In this document: one piece after another, positions 17,574 to 27,975 of the stretch
Layout of the letters: the number at the start of each line of letters is the position of its first letter
Numbering within the stretch: position 1 is the first letter of the stretch
Assembly: GCA_016931955.1 (NCBI GenBank)
Contig: JAFGDV010000038.1
Span: 1 to 33,103, forward strand
DNA length: 33,103 nucleotides
Source of the DNA: Candidatus Altiarchaeota archaeon
GTDB taxonomy: Archaea; Altiarchaeota; Altiarchaeia; IMC4; QMZM01
Reading direction: 5' to 3'
Notes under the pieces: generated by a model
Seen by the model: the letters and a program-made list of their open reading frames with translations, nothing else
What the model was told of the DNA's origin: nothing
Database searches by the model: none
Translations under genes and position numbers: made by a program

Positions 17574-19439
17574 ATGATGGGGTTATTTGAGGTATACTGC
17601 GGATTCGTGAACAGGCGCCTTGCCTGGATTCTCTTCGGGTTGAAACTGGAGTGGGATCCTGGATTGGAGAAAGCCATCAGATTCACGAAACTCAAAACAA
17701 AGCCGCTGGGGGTGATCACGTGCGCTTGGACTACGGCGCTCACAGTGATAGCCTTCACCGTTATATCCTCTCTGACACTGTACTCCCTAGGCCGTGACCC
17801 GCTGCCTTCGCTTTTGGCGGGCTTCGTGTTGGCGGTAGTGCTCGCTTACGGCATCTCAGAGTACCCGAAGATCCTGGCAAACAACATGAAGATTAAGTCG
17901 CTCGGCCATGCGCCTGAGATAGTGGCTTACCTGATAATCCCATTGAAACAGAACCCCAACCTGGAGGATGCGGTAAAATTCGCTGCAGAGCACGGCGAAG
18001 GGCAGATGGCTGAGGACCTTAGGAAGGCACTCTGGGATGTGTGGTCTGGAGCATACAGGTCAGTGGGTGAGGCCCTCCCAGTTCTGGGATACAGGTGGGG
18101 TGAGGACATAAAAGGCTTCGAGGATGCCATGTATGCTATTAGGACGTCTCAGATTGAGAAATCGGAGACCCGTCGACTTAATACATTGGATAGGGCGATG
18201 GATACGGTTCTTAAGAGCGTGCAGAAGAAGTTCGAGGAATACATAAACTATCTGAGGATACCCACGATGGTCATGTTCGCTGGAGGCGCCCTCCTGCCGT
18301 TGGTTATAATAATACTGCTCCCGCTCATCTCTTTTATGGGGATGGATCTAGGAAGCCACTGGAATCTGTTCATCATCCTGATGGCTATTGTCCTGGGAGT
18401 GTTCCTCTTCTCAGAGCATACGCTGAGCAAGAGGCCTGCCGCCTTCGCCCCAATACGCATTCCAGACAACTATCCTGGACTTGTTTCGGCTGGGAGGATT
18501 AGATTCCTTGGGAGGGAAGGCTCTGCTTGGAAGATCTCATTTGGCTTGGGCGCTGCTATCTCCCTGCTGAGCGTACCTTATCTCCTGGGCGCGTCCTACC
18601 CTCTAACAGACATGCTTAATACGATACCCATCGTCATAGGAACCTGCTTCTGCCTCTGGCTGTACATGAGGGGTACGTCGCTCCCGAAAAAAAGGGTGCG
18701 TGATTACCTTAAGAGGATGGAGGATGAAACCATTGAGGCTGCATTCCACCTAGGGAACAGGCTTCTTACGGGTATGTCGGCGGAGGAGGCCTTCATCAGG
18801 GTTGCTGACATGATGTCCAGTAAGGTCGGGTCGACTATCCCTGCCGTATTGGAGAACGCCATCAGGAACATAAGGTATTTGAACATGAACCTGGAGGGCT
18901 CCCTCTTTGACGAGAACAGGGGCGCTTTGAGGGAGATCTCTTCTGGGGTGGTTAAAAGCGTCTTCCGGGTCTTTACTACAACGATGAAGAAGAGCGTAGT
19001 ATCCGCCTCTGAGGCCTTGCTCGTCGCGGCGAACCACATAAGACAGATTAGGAGGGTTGAGGACTCGCTGAGGGATAAGATCTCGTATACGACTTCCATG
19101 ATCAAGGCCACTGCCCTCCTGATCAATCCGATGATCTGCGCCCTGGCAGTATACATAGCAAACGTTTTCAGGGAGACCATGGAGAACACTAGATCGATCA
19201 TCGGCGTCGGAGGGACCGGCTTCAACGCAGGTATGCTTACGGAATCGACCGCTAATCCGGAGATGCTTCAGCTTATCACTGGATTGTATATGATTGCGTT
19301 GCTTATTGTTTTGATGCGCTACGTTTCCGTGCTCGAGTGCGGCGATGATCCTATAGCGCATAGACTGCAGATAGCTAAGGGCATACCCATAGCGTTGTCT
19401 GCATTCATCGGTGTGCTTTTAGCCAGCAGTTTTTTGTAG
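17574..19439 (+). CDS. Type IV pilus/T2SS inner-membrane platform protein (TadC/FlaJ/GspF-like); GTG 17568 is an alternative start
   Basis: Multi-TM protein with two cytoplasmic domains (NPNLEDAVKFAAEH; LGNRLLTGMSAEEAF); next to a secretion ATPase and pilins. Confidence 0.8.
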   Translation: MMGLFEVYCGFVNRRLAWILFGLKLEWDPGLEKAIRFTKLKTKPLGVITCAWTTALTVIAFTVISSLTLYSLGRDPLPSLLAGFVLAVVLAYGISEYPKILANNMKIKSLGHAPEIVAYLIIPLKQNPNLEDAVKFAAEHGEGQMAEDLRKALWDVWSGAYRSVGEALPVLGYRWGEDIKGFEDAMYAIRTSQIEKSETRRLNTLDRAMDTVLKSVQKKFEEYINYLRIPTMVMFAGGALLPLVIIILLPLISFMGMDLGSHWNLFIILMAIVLGVFLFSEHTLSKRPAAFAPIRIPDNYPGLVSAGRIRFLGREGSAWKISFGLGAAISLLSVPYLLGASYPLTDMLNTIPIVIGTCFCLWLYMRGTSLPKKRVRDYLKRMEDETIEAAFHLGNRLLTGMSAEEAFIRVADMMSSKVGSTIPAVLENAIRNIRYLNMNLEGSLFDENRGALREISSGVVKSVFRVFTTTMKKSVVSASEALLVAANHIRQIRRVEDSLRDKISYTTSMIKATALLINPMICALAVYIANVFRETMENTRSIIGVGGTGFNAGMLTESTANPEMLQLITGLYMIALLIVLMRYVSVLECGDDPIAHRLQIAKGIPIALSAFIGVLLASSFL

Positions 19440-19440
19440 A

Positions 19441-19833
19441 ATGAAAAACAATAGAGGAATGGTATGGGGTCTTTCGAAGATCGCTGTCCTATTAGGGGCT
19501 ATTATGCTCTTCACTATCCTCTGGTCTTATCACTTGGCTTTCGGGGAGATCAACTGCATGGATGCTGTAGTGCATGAGGCCCGGAACATGGCTGACCTGA
19601 TTGATTCAGTGGGTTCTTCGCCCTCAGCCTGTGAGTTAACATACGAGACCCCGGAAAGGCTCTGCGGCAAAAGCTACAGCATCGAGATAAGATCCAGGAA
19701 TCTGACGCTGTCAATGGATTCTGGGATAGCATCTTATGTAACCTTTTTTTCTGGGATCGATGGTGATTTCTCCTGCGTTGGCGGGCATCTTCTGAGGATC
19801 AAAAAATACAATGGAACGGTGAGCGTGTATTGA
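19441..19833 (+). CDS. Pilin-like protein with class III signal peptide
   Basis: MKNNRG|MVWGLSKIAVLLGAIMLFTIL. Confidence 0.65.
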   Translation: MKNNRGMVWGLSKIAVLLGAIMLFTILWSYHLAFGEINCMDAVVHEARNMADLIDSVGSSPSACELTYETPERLCGKSYSIEIRSRNLTLSMDSGIASYVTFFSGIDGDFSCVGGHLLRIKKYNGTVSVY

Positions 19834-22007
19834 AAATGGAATGCGTCTACAATATGAGCCTGTTTGGGGATAAAAGGATTGCTTGCTTTAATTGCCTGGG
19901 TTGCATGAACCAGGGGAGTCTGGGGGACGCCGAATGTCAGAGGGCTGTCCTAAGATTATTGAGGGAGAAGTTGAGGGTTGACGAGCTTCATTTTAGGAAA
20001 AGGGATTACACTGAATTCTACGATGATGTAGATGTGAGAAAATTCAGCGAAGTCGTGAGTCTGGGAAAGGACCTGTCCAGTGAGAGGTTATGGGAGAAGG
20101 TAGAGGATTCCTCTAGGCGGCGTTTCTTGAAGAATGTTGTCTCACAGGATATCCTCCAGGACCCTATTAAGGCCTATGAGATGGTGTCCGCTGTCCTGAA
20201 ACAGTACGAGAGGATGGGATCAAAACATGGAGCATACCTGAAGACCCTGGCTTACGTAAAGAACAGGCTTGAGCGGACGCAGCTTATTATGGGTTACAGA
20301 AATGGATTGGATGTGGTTGATATGTTTAAGCCGCTGAAGCAGCCCTCCTTCATGACCTCGCATCTTAGGCTTGCTGTTCCAGATAATTCAAGATTGTTAG
20401 ACATCTATGGTGTCTTGGACTCCGAGGTTAGGGTCTACGATGTTGACGGGGTTGAAAGGCTCTACTTCTTGAATCCGCCTGAGTTGTTTCTTTCCCCGGA
20501 GGAGGTCGAGGCTGTGATAAGGCTTAAGGAGTCTATGGTAAGGGATAAGGTGATAGAGGTGATCCAACCTATGGAGGCCAGGGAGTACTTTAAGGGGATT
20601 GCCCTGGAACTCCTCAAGAACTCTGAAGGTCTTGGATTGGATTCTGCGGGGATGGAGAGGCTTGCTGAGATATTCACGAGATACACTGCAGGCTATGGTA
20701 TGCTTGAGTTATTGTTCAACGATGAACACATATATGATGTCTTCATTGACTCGCCTGCTGGAACAACCCCTGTATACGTTGACCACAACATCTTTGGCAT
20801 ATGTGATACTAACCTGTTTCTTGGGGAGGATGACTTGGAGCGGATTTCTTCGAAGTTCAGGTCGATCGGTGGCAGACCATTTGATGAGGCTAATCCTGTG
20901 ATGGACATGGAGTTGAAGGACATGGGTATTAGGGTTGCTGGCATCAGGGAGCCCGCTACCTTCGACGGCATAGCCTACTCCTTCAGGAAGCGCCGGGAGA
21001 AGCCGTGGACTCTGCCGAAGTTCGTCGACGAGGGGATGATGTCTCCTAGAGCGGCCGCCATCCTGAGCATGTTGGTGGGAGGGCAGCGTTCTATTCTGAT
21101 AACTGGTGCGAGGGGCTCCGGTAAGACAAGCCTGCTAAGCGCCTTGATCGCTGAGATTAGACAGAATGACAGAATCCTGTTGTTGGAGGATACGCCTGAG
21201 ATTCCTTCAAGGCATCTGCGTGACTTGGGTTGGAGGATTGAGCACCTGAGGAATCAGCCGGTGATTTCAAGACACAGTAAGGACTCCTTTGAGCTTTCGC
21301 CGGAGAAGAATCTTAGGGCTGCCCTTAGGTTGGGTGAGAGTGTCCTTGTCTTGGGGGAGGTGAGGGGTCCTGAGGCTAGGGCCTTGTTTGAGGCGATGCG
21401 TGTCGGGGCCGCTGGGAATGCTGTCCTTGGTACCATACACGGCAGCAGTCCTTATGATACCTGGGATCGGATCACGAATGACCTTAATGTTCCGGCTACT
21501 AGTTTTAAGGCTGTTGACGTCGTTGTTTCCTTGGGCTACAGGGAGAACCGGGAGCTTTCGAGGAGGGACAGATATCTTAGGAGTATAACAGAGGTTAGAA
21601 GGGGGTGGGAGTGTAATCCTCGTACTGAGGGTGGTTTCTTTGACGTCATGTGTTTTGATGATGTTTCTGGGGATGAGGTCTTTAATCTGGAGGATTCGGA
21701 GGTTTTGTTGGATATCGCCGTGAGGAAGAGGATGCCTCGTGGGGAATGTGTTGAGAACCTGTGTCTGCATGAGATGATGGTGAGGAAGCTTGTTGAGGCC
21801 TCTAGGAATCAGGATATTGCTGAACTCTTGGAGGTCCAGCATGTTCTTAACTCGAGGAAGGAATACATCAGGCTCATGAATGAGCAGTCTTCCAGTCGAT
21901 CCGACATCGACTATAAGAGGATATGCCGGGAGTGGAGGATGTGGCTCATCCAATACATAGACGAACTAAAAAACCAAACACACAACATCAAACCAAAAAT
22001 CCAATAG
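19830..22007 (+). CDS. Type II/IV secretion system ATPase (VirB11/FlaI/TadA family)
   Basis: Walker A GARGSGKT, EDTPE, ALRLGESVLVLGEVRGPEA, GTIHG; Cys-rich N-terminus. Confidence 0.92.
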   Translation: MKMECVYNMSLFGDKRIACFNCLGCMNQGSLGDAECQRAVLRLLREKLRVDELHFRKRDYTEFYDDVDVRKFSEVVSLGKDLSSERLWEKVEDSSRRRFLKNVVSQDILQDPIKAYEMVSAVLKQYERMGSKHGAYLKTLAYVKNRLERTQLIMGYRNGLDVVDMFKPLKQPSFMTSHLRLAVPDNSRLLDIYGVLDSEVRVYDVDGVERLYFLNPPELFLSPEEVEAVIRLKESMVRDKVIEVIQPMEAREYFKGIALELLKNSEGLGLDSAGMERLAEIFTRYTAGYGMLELLFNDEHIYDVFIDSPAGTTPVYVDHNIFGICDTNLFLGEDDLERISSKFRSIGGRPFDEANPVMDMELKDMGIRVAGIREPATFDGIAYSFRKRREKPWTLPKFVDEGMMSPRAAAILSMLVGGQRSILITGARGSGKTSLLSALIAEIRQNDRILLLEDTPEIPSRHLRDLGWRIEHLRNQPVISRHSKDSFELSPEKNLRAALRLGESVLVLGEVRGPEARALFEAMRVGAAGNAVLGTIHGSSPYDTWDRITNDLNVPATSFKAVDVVVSLGYRENRELSRRDRYLRSITEVRRGWECNPRTEGGFFDVMCFDDVSGDEVFNLEDSEVLLDIAVRKRMPRGECVENLCLHEMMVRKLVEASRNQDIAELLEVQHVLNSRKEYIRLMNEQSSSRSDIDYKRICREWRMWLIQYIDELKNQTHNIKPKIQ

Positions 22008-22039
22008 AAATGGAATAAAGGACAAGTGCTGGTTAAGAT

Positions 22040-22228
22040 TCAATTATAGGGGGAACCTGTGGCTGACTTATATGGTGTGGTTATTTTTTTCTTTACTGTG
22101 AGATCTATTTTTTTGTGGCATAGTTTGTGTTCTTTGTCGTTTTTTTCGTCGTAGTCTTTGTGTTTTTTATGCCATTCTTCGTGTTCTTTTTGGGTGATGA
22201 CCATGTTTTTCTTAAGCTTTTTTTTCAT
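22040..22228 (-). CDS. Small Lys/His-rich hypothetical protein (62 aa)
   Basis: ATG at 22228 preceded by a strong SD (AGGAGGT); KEHEEWHKKH and KEHKLCHKK repeats. Confidence 0.55.
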   Translation of the reverse strand: MKKKLKKNMVITQKEHEEWHKKHKDYDEKNDKEHKLCHKKIDLTVKKKITTPYKSATGSPYN

Positions 22229-22284
22229 GTATACCTCCTTTCTTTTTTTTGTTCTCTCCGCAGACTCCTTCAGCCAGAAATCAG

Positions 22285-23448
22285 TTAGAAAGTGGTTACT
22301 TCTCCTTTTAGGCACATTTCAGTGATTTTGGTGACGTTTTCGAGCCAGTAGTTGGTTATTCTTCTGACTTCTTTCTCCAATTTTTGGTCGCCGATTATGT
22401 GCACTGAAGCGATCAAGGGCTGATCAATTGGTTTGCCTATCTGGCTGAGTAGTTTGACGTGCGCCTGCTCTGCACCGGCCTCTGCAATGTCTTCGGCAAT
22501 CTTCTTCGCCAAAAGATTGTATATCTTGCCCACGTGGTTCACCGGGTTCTTCCCGGAAGTAGCCTCAAGAGACATCGGCCTATAGGGGGTGATTAATCCA
22601 TTAGCGCGGTTTCCTCTGCCAACAGAGCCGTCGTCACCCTGCTCTGCGCTAGTACCAGTAACAGTTAAGTAGACGATACCTTTATCGTAGTCGTCTGCGG
22701 TGTTGATGTGGAGGTTAACGTCTTTATCGGTTATCTTGGGGACGAAGTTCTCCAGCTTGCTATGCAGTTCCTCAATGGAGGACTGGTAGTGGTCTAAGTC
22801 GTCTAAGTACCTAGAGACCATCGCACACGCAATAGTTAAAGTGATCTCGTCCTTAAGTCGGAGACCCATGATCTTAACGTCCTCTCCAACCTCCTTGATG
22901 CCAGAGTTTATGAGAAACCTCTCCGTCTCAAAGACCAATCGTTCAGTAGTTGAAAGCGGCGCAAAACCTGCGCCAAAGCTGGTGTCGTTGGCTCTTGGAA
23001 TACCCTCCCTCGCGAAGACACCCCTAAGGTCAGCGGAGCCCTGACCCAGGCGCTGCTCTATCTCCACATGGGAGTCGACGTCCAGGTTCCTTATGCTCTC
23101 CTTCAGGTAATCCCTTGCAGCATTGGTTGCGATATCGCCGACTGGGATCGTTTCCTTGTCGACCCACGTAGTCGCCCTCCCGCTGAGGAGAAAGTATATC
23201 GGCCTAGTGACTTCGCCTCCGCCGAATACAGGCTCAGCCTGTCCGCCGACCAATTCGACTTGGTCGGTGTTGTGGTGCAGTATCCTACCGTATCTTTTAA
23301 CGTATTCCTTGGATAACGCCCTGGAAACAGATTCTGCTATGCCGTCACAGATGGAGTCAGGATGCCCTAATCCCTTCCGCTCGACCAATTCAACGGCCTG
23401 CTTCTCCAGGCACTTGTTTTTGGGGAACTCTATCACTATGTTCCTCAT
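22285..23448 (-). CDS. mat: S-adenosylmethionine synthetase (archaeal type)
   Basis: [52 protein letters not shown]. Confidence 0.97.
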   Translation of the reverse strand: MRNIVIEFPKNKCLEKQAVELVERKGLGHPDSICDGIAESVSRALSKEYVKRYGRILHHNTDQVELVGGQAEPVFGGGEVTRPIYFLLSGRATTWVDKETIPVGDIATNAARDYLKESIRNLDVDSHVEIEQRLGQGSADLRGVFAREGIPRANDTSFGAGFAPLSTTERLVFETERFLINSGIKEVGEDVKIMGLRLKDEITLTIACAMVSRYLDDLDHYQSSIEELHSKLENFVPKITDKDVNLHINTADDYDKGIVYLTVTGTSAEQGDDGSVGRGNRANGLITPYRPMSLEATSGKNPVNHVGKIYNLLAKKIAEDIAEAGAEQAHVKLLSQIGKPIDQPLIASVHIIGDQKLEKEVRRITNYWLENVTKITEMCLKGEVTTF

Positions 23449-24383
23449 TTCGGATCCCCTATACCGTCAGTGGTGACCTCAAAAACGCATTCCCCTTCAG
23501 GCAGATTCGGAGAATCAATGAGTCTAGCTATTCTTGCATCCCCTTTGCCCTTCCTAAGATAGACCCTGAATGTGGCAGTGTGCCCGACGATGTGTCCCCC
23601 TATTGGCGCAGTCGGGTCCCCGAACATTATGTCGGGGCGTGCCATCACCTGATTAGTGACGATTACTGCGGTATTGTATGGATCCGCCAGCTTTCTTTGT
23701 AGGGAATGTAGTAGGCGGTTCAGCTTCTGCTGTCTCTCAGCCAGTGTACCTCTGCCGGTGTATTCTGCCCTGAAGTGCGCGGTTAAGGAGTCCATGACAA
23801 TAAGCCTTGTCCCATATTCCTTAGCAAGCTCCGCGGCCTTCTCCACAAGCAGCATCTGATGATCTGAGTTATAGGCGCGAGCGACGTGGATGTTCTTTAA
23901 GGTCTCCTCCGGGTCCAAGCCCAACGCAGAGGACATCTGCTGTATCCTCTCAGGCCGGAAAGTGTTCTCTGTGTCTATGTAGATGGCTGTCCCCTCCAAA
24001 CCGCCCTTCTTCCTCGGCAGTTGAACGTTCACAGACAATTGATGGCCTAGCTGTGTTTTACCTGACCCGAATTTTCCATACAATTCAGTTATCGCCTGGG
24101 TTTCGATGCCGCCACCCATTAAGGCATCCAGTTCGTGGCTGTTGGTGGTGAGCTTTCCTATGGTCTCCCTCCTCTTAAGGACCTCTAGGCCTGTCTCAAA
24201 GCCCATGCCGCCGGAGGCCTTCTTCGCGGCATTTATTATCTTCACGGCAGATGCTTCGCCTAAGCCGACGTCCTTTAATTCGCCTATGGCTGCTGCCGCG
24301 ATTGATTCTACGGTTAAATAGCCTGAATCCCTCAGTTTCTCTGCAGTCGTCTTTCCGATGCCAGGTAATTCTTCTATATCCAT
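23445..24383 (-). CDS. radA: DNA repair and recombination protein RadA
   Basis: N-terminal Hh[50 protein letters not shown]. Confidence 0.97.
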   Translation of the reverse strand: MDIEELPGIGKTTAEKLRDSGYLTVESIAAAAIGELKDVGLGEASAVKIINAAKKASGGMGFETGLEVLKRRETIGKLTTNSHELDALMGGGIETQAITELYGKFGSGKTQLGHQLSVNVQLPRKKGGLEGTAIYIDTENTFRPERIQQMSSALGLDPEETLKNIHVARAYNSDHQMLLVEKAAELAKEYGTRLIVMDSLTAHFRAEYTGRGTLAERQQKLNRLLHSLQRKLADPYNTAVIVTNQVMARPDIMFGDPTAPIGGHIVGHTATFRVYLRKGKGDARIARLIDSPNLPEGECVFEVTTDGIGDPK

Positions 24384-24428
24384 TTTAGAACATAGTAAGT
24401 ATTGGAGTGTGGGGTTAAAAGCAGGTCT

Positions 24429-26357
24429 TTAAGTGATGCCGCTCATCCGCTTGATCACTTCCTCCCCGCCCAGGAGTGAATTCTTAAGCACGTCGGTTAT
24501 TGATTCAGCAGTTACTATCTCTATCTTTCCTTCATACTTTTTCTCAAGCAGTACGTCCTTTGCGTTAGCCTTCGGGATGACAACCTTCTTTAATCCGGCT
24601 TCTACTGCAGCCTCTATCTTCTGCGTTACTCCGCCGACGGGGAGGACCTCACCCCTCACCGTCAATGACCCTGTCATCGCAACCGATTGATCCACTTCAA
24701 CGTTCGTGAAAGCTGATATCACAGCTACTGCTACTGAAACACTCGCCGAATCCCCTTCAACGCCTTCATAGGTCTGCAGGAATTGGACGAAGATGTCGTA
24801 TTTTTCCTTTATGTCCTCCCCATAGATCTTCATTATCACTGCAGCGACGTTCTTTACAGCCTCCTTTGCTATGTCTCCGAGTTTTCCGGTGGCTATTATC
24901 TCCGATTTCTTACCCCCGGTGGCTACCTCAGCCTCTATAGGCAAAACTGTACCGCCGTCACCTAAGACCGCCAGCCCATTGACCCTTCCCACCCGCCCTC
25001 CTTCGGTGATCAATACATTGTATTCCCGTTTTCTCTCCAAGTAGACGTCTCCTATCTGCTGCTCAAGGGTTCTCGCTGTCTTCTTTGCCTCCAAGACATC
25101 ATCTGCGGTGACATGCTTGTGGTTTTTTTCTTTCGCTATGTCGCCTGCAGCCCTCACAAGGCCGCCGAGCTCCCTAAATTTGAGGGTCATCTTGTCTTTC
25201 ATGCCCGCCTTCCTCTTCGCCTCCCTGATGATCTCTCCGACAGCATCCTTGGTGAAGTGGGGGATCTTTTTGTCCTTTATCACCTCCTGTGCGACGAACT
25301 GAGCCAGCTTTTTCCTGTATTCCTCTGTGTCATCTATTGTGTCATCCAGGTAGACTTCATAGCCGTAACCCCTTATCCTTGATCTTAGGGCGGGGTGCAT
25401 CTCCTGGAGGGCGCTCACGTTCCCAGCAGCCACTAGGATGAAGTCACAGGGTACTGGGTCTGTTATGACCATCGCGCCTGAGCTCATCTCGCTCCTCCCT
25501 GTGATGGATAGCTGTTTCTCCTGTAATGCAGTGAGAAGGTCCTGCTGTGACCTGCCTAGCGTCGCTATTTCGTCTATGAACAACACCCCTTTATTTGCTT
25601 TATGGATGAGCCCCGGCACGACCCTCACATGGGGTGGAGTGCCTAAGCCGCCTGACTGCAGTGGATCGTGTTTCACGTCCCCCAGTAGGGCACCTGCGTG
25701 TGTTCCAGTCCCGTCAAAGAACGGCGCCTGCTTCCTCTTAGTGTTATCGATCAAGAGCTTTGGCTTGTTCGTCTTAGGTCCGCCGAGCATCGTAAACCTC
25801 ATACTGAAGGCAAGGAAGAGGAACAGGAATATTGCGAACCCTATGAGCCCTAGAGCTACCAAGGGATCAAGTCCAAAAGGTGGGAAACTAAGTACAACCG
25901 CTGCTAACACGACGAGGAAGGGCAGCATCAGTTGGTTGCTCTTTGACTCCGTTGACTCACCCATCTTCTCCCGCTCCTTTTTAACTATCTTTATACCCTC
26001 ACCGGAGGGTACGATACCTATCCTTGGATTGTTCTCGTCCTCCTCGTTCGGATACACTAAGACGTCCACTAGAATCTCTGGTGGCAGCAATTCAGTCATC
26101 GCGACTGCTAGCATGCTCTTCCCGGTCCCGGGCTCGCCGATCAACATGAAGTTCCTCCTCTGCTTCGCCGCCTTCTTTATCAGCTCAACGGCCTTGTCCT
26201 GCCCTATGACCTGGTCTATCAGCCTTTCAGGAATCTTGATCTGGTCCGTTGTCTCGAAGCCGTCCCAGGCCTTCATATCCCCTATGCTGATCTTTTCCTC
26301 AGCCTGTTTCTTCTTAGAATCCTCAGGATTTGTTTGTTGTTTCATTATAGAAGTCAT
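24429..26357 (-). CDS. lonB: ATP-dependent protease LonB (membrane-anchored)
   Basis: GEPGTGKS, two TM helices inside the AAA+ domain, HDPLQSGGLGTP, VLFIDEI, EGDSAS and VTQK (Ser-Lys dyad). Confidence 0.97.
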   Translation of the reverse strand: MTSIMKQQTNPEDSKKKQAEEKISIGDMKAWDGFETTDQIKIPERLIDQVIGQDKAVELIKKAAKQRRNFMLIGEPGTGKSMLAVAMTELLPPEILVDVLVYPNEEDENNPRIGIVPSGEGIKIVKKEREKMGESTESKSNQLMLPFLVVLAAVVLSFPPFGLDPLVALGLIGFAIFLFLFLAFSMRFTMLGGPKTNKPKLLIDNTKRKQAPFFDGTGTHAGALLGDVKHDPLQSGGLGTPPHVRVVPGLIHKANKGVLFIDEIATLGRSQQDLLTALQEKQLSITGRSEMSSGAMVITDPVPCDFILVAAGNVSALQEMHPALRSRIRGYGYEVYLDDTIDDTEEYRKKLAQFVAQEVIKDKKIPHFTKDAVGEIIREAKRKAGMKDKMTLKFRELGGLVRAAGDIAKEKNHKHVTADDVLEAKKTARTLEQQIGDVYLERKREYNVLITEGGRVGRVNGLAVLGDGGTVLPIEAEVATGGKKSEIIATGKLGDIAKEAVKNVAAVIMKIYGEDIKEKYDIFVQFLQTYEGVEGDSASVSVAVAVISAFTNVEVDQSVAMTGSLTVRGEVLPVGGVTQKIEAAVEAGLKKVVIPKANAKDVLLEKKYEGKIEIVTAESITDVLKNSLLGGEEVIKRMSGIT

Positions 26358-26416
26358 TGGGGAATAGTATCATCCCTATAGTAATATACACTATCGAGGC
26401 TTAAATATGGCTCAGT

Positions 26417-27382
26417 CTACCACTTTACCTCGACCTCGTCCGTCCTGAACCTCTGCCTCACATAGCTCTCCTCTAAGCCCTGCCTGATGCCTGCATCATA
26501 CATCAACAATCCAAGCAACGCTATCATTACGCCGTTATCGCTGCAATAGCCCTTAGGGACGCCGAAGACTGCCTCATGTTCTTCGGACATCTTTGCCAGC
26601 ATCACTTGGAGCCTTGAGTTGTTGCCTACACCACCAGTTAAGAGCACCTCCTTCGCCTTCAGGTGGGCTAAAGCCCTCTCCGTTACCTCGGAGAGCATGG
26701 CAAACGCCGTCTCCTGAAGCGAAAAACATACGTCTTCAAGCTTGTTGTCTTTGATCCTCTGGAGGGCGCTGGTAAGCAACCCAGAGAAAGAAAGGTCAGT
26801 GCCCTTAACCACGTAAGGCAGCTCGATATAGTTCTTACCCTCTTTTGCAAGGGCCTCGATCTTGGGGCCGGCTGGATGCTCTAAACCAACCTCCCTGCCG
26901 AACTTGTCCAGCATGTTCCCCACCCCGATGTCAAGGGTTTCCCCGAAGACTCGATAGTAGTTATCCTTCAGCTTAAGTATCTGTGTATTGCCGCCGGAAA
27001 CATACAATACCAGGGGATCACTCAGCCTGCAGAATATCCTCCCCACCTCAATATGCGCCACACAATGGTTCACTCCCATGAGGGGGATTCCATAACTCAG
27101 TGACAGGGTTCTCGCCGCTGTTGCCGAAGTCCTGAGACACGGTCCCATGCCGGGGCCCTGAGAAAAGGATATCAGGTCTATTCCCTTGAAATCAAGACCG
27201 GCTTTCTCAAGAGCTTCATCCAATGCCTTGCTCATACTATCAGCCATGAACTGCGAGGCCTCCCTCGGATGGATCCCCTTAGAGGGCACATAAACCATCC
27301 TCACATCGGATAGCACTTCATGGTCTGCAACAATCCCTATACCTAGGGTGTGGGCGGTGCCCTCGATACCTAAAGCTATCAT
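26417..27382 (-). CDS. kae1: KEOPS N6-threonylcarbamoyladenosine synthase Kae1 (not fused to Bud32)
   Basis: LGIEGTAHT, FSQGPGMGPCL, VNHCVAHIE, VSGGNTQ, DNGVMIA, FRTDEV. Confidence 0.97.
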   Translation of the reverse strand: MIALGIEGTAHTLGIGIVADHEVLSDVRMVYVPSKGIHPREASQFMADSMSKALDEALEKAGLDFKGIDLISFSQGPGMGPCLRTSATAARTLSLSYGIPLMGVNHCVAHIEVGRIFCRLSDPLVLYVSGGNTQILKLKDNYYRVFGETLDIGVGNMLDKFGREVGLEHPAGPKIEALAKEGKNYIELPYVVKGTDLSFSGLLTSALQRIKDNKLEDVCFSLQETAFAMLSEVTERALAHLKAKEVLLTGGVGNNSRLQVMLAKMSEEHEAVFGVPKGYCSDNGVMIALLGLLMYDAGIRQGLEESYVRQRFRTDEVEVKW

Positions 27383-27420
27383 CTTCCAGCTTAAATTATC
27401 TTAAACGAATATAAATAAAA

Positions 27421-27933
27421 ATGAGTGCAGGAATATTATCTGGTACCAAGGTCCTCGTCGGAGAAGGCGACCTGAAGTCTCTACTTCGGGAGAAGGGCTT
27501 CGGCACAGAGAAGGGAGCCCGACAGGAGCTGTCGTTGATAGAAGCCCTCTACTTGCTGGAATCCGAGAAGATGGAGGTCGTCGACGGAAAGAAGACACTC
27601 TCCTTCGAGGAACTCATAGAGATCGGCAACAAGATAGAGGAAAACTTCTACTCAAAGTATCTGGTCTACAGTGACCTTAGGAACAGGGGCTTGTTGGTGA
27701 GAACTGGTTTGAAGTTCGGCTCAGACTTCAGGGTCTACGAGAGGGGGGTTACAGTGAAAAAAGGCCACTCCACACAGTTGGTGAACGTCGTCCCAGAAGA
27801 ATATACTTGCTCTTTCCCGGAGCTTGCTCGGACCATAAGGTTGTCGCAGAACGTGAACAAGGCCATGATCTACGCCGTAGTAGACGAGGAAGGCGACATA
27901 ACCTACTACCAGATAGACCGAGTCAAGCTCTGA
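27421..27933 (+). CDS. endA: tRNA-splicing endonuclease (single-unit, 170 aa)
   Basis: LSLIEALYL, VYSDLRNRG, TGLKFGSDFRVY, GHS, NK (Tyr-His-Lys triad), VDEEGDITYY. Confidence 0.95.
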   Translation: MSAGILSGTKVLVGEGDLKSLLREKGFGTEKGARQELSLIEALYLLESEKMEVVDGKKTLSFEELIEIGNKIEENFYSKYLVYSDLRNRGLLVRTGLKFGSDFRVYERGVTVKKGHSTQLVNVVPEEYTCSFPELARTIRLSQNVNKAMIYAVVDEEGDITYYQIDRVKL

Positions 27934-27975
27934 ATCCCATGGTTTTAATTAACGAAATCGGATAATTACTTATAC

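Noticed and set aside
21267-21953. 228-aa minus-strand ORF
   Set aside because: Antisense to the conserved ATPase C-terminus; a product of the G/T-rich codon bias there
17311-22007. Archaellum operon
   Set aside because: No archaellin-type N-terminus and no flaC-H genes; organisation fits a non-archaellar type IV pilus
13620-26357. Inteins in MCM, RadA or LonB (common hosts)
   Set aside because: Lengths are normal and the motifs around Walker A are contiguous
25438-26367. 309-aa plus-strand ORF
   Set aside because: Entirely antisense to lonB and has no recognisable motifs
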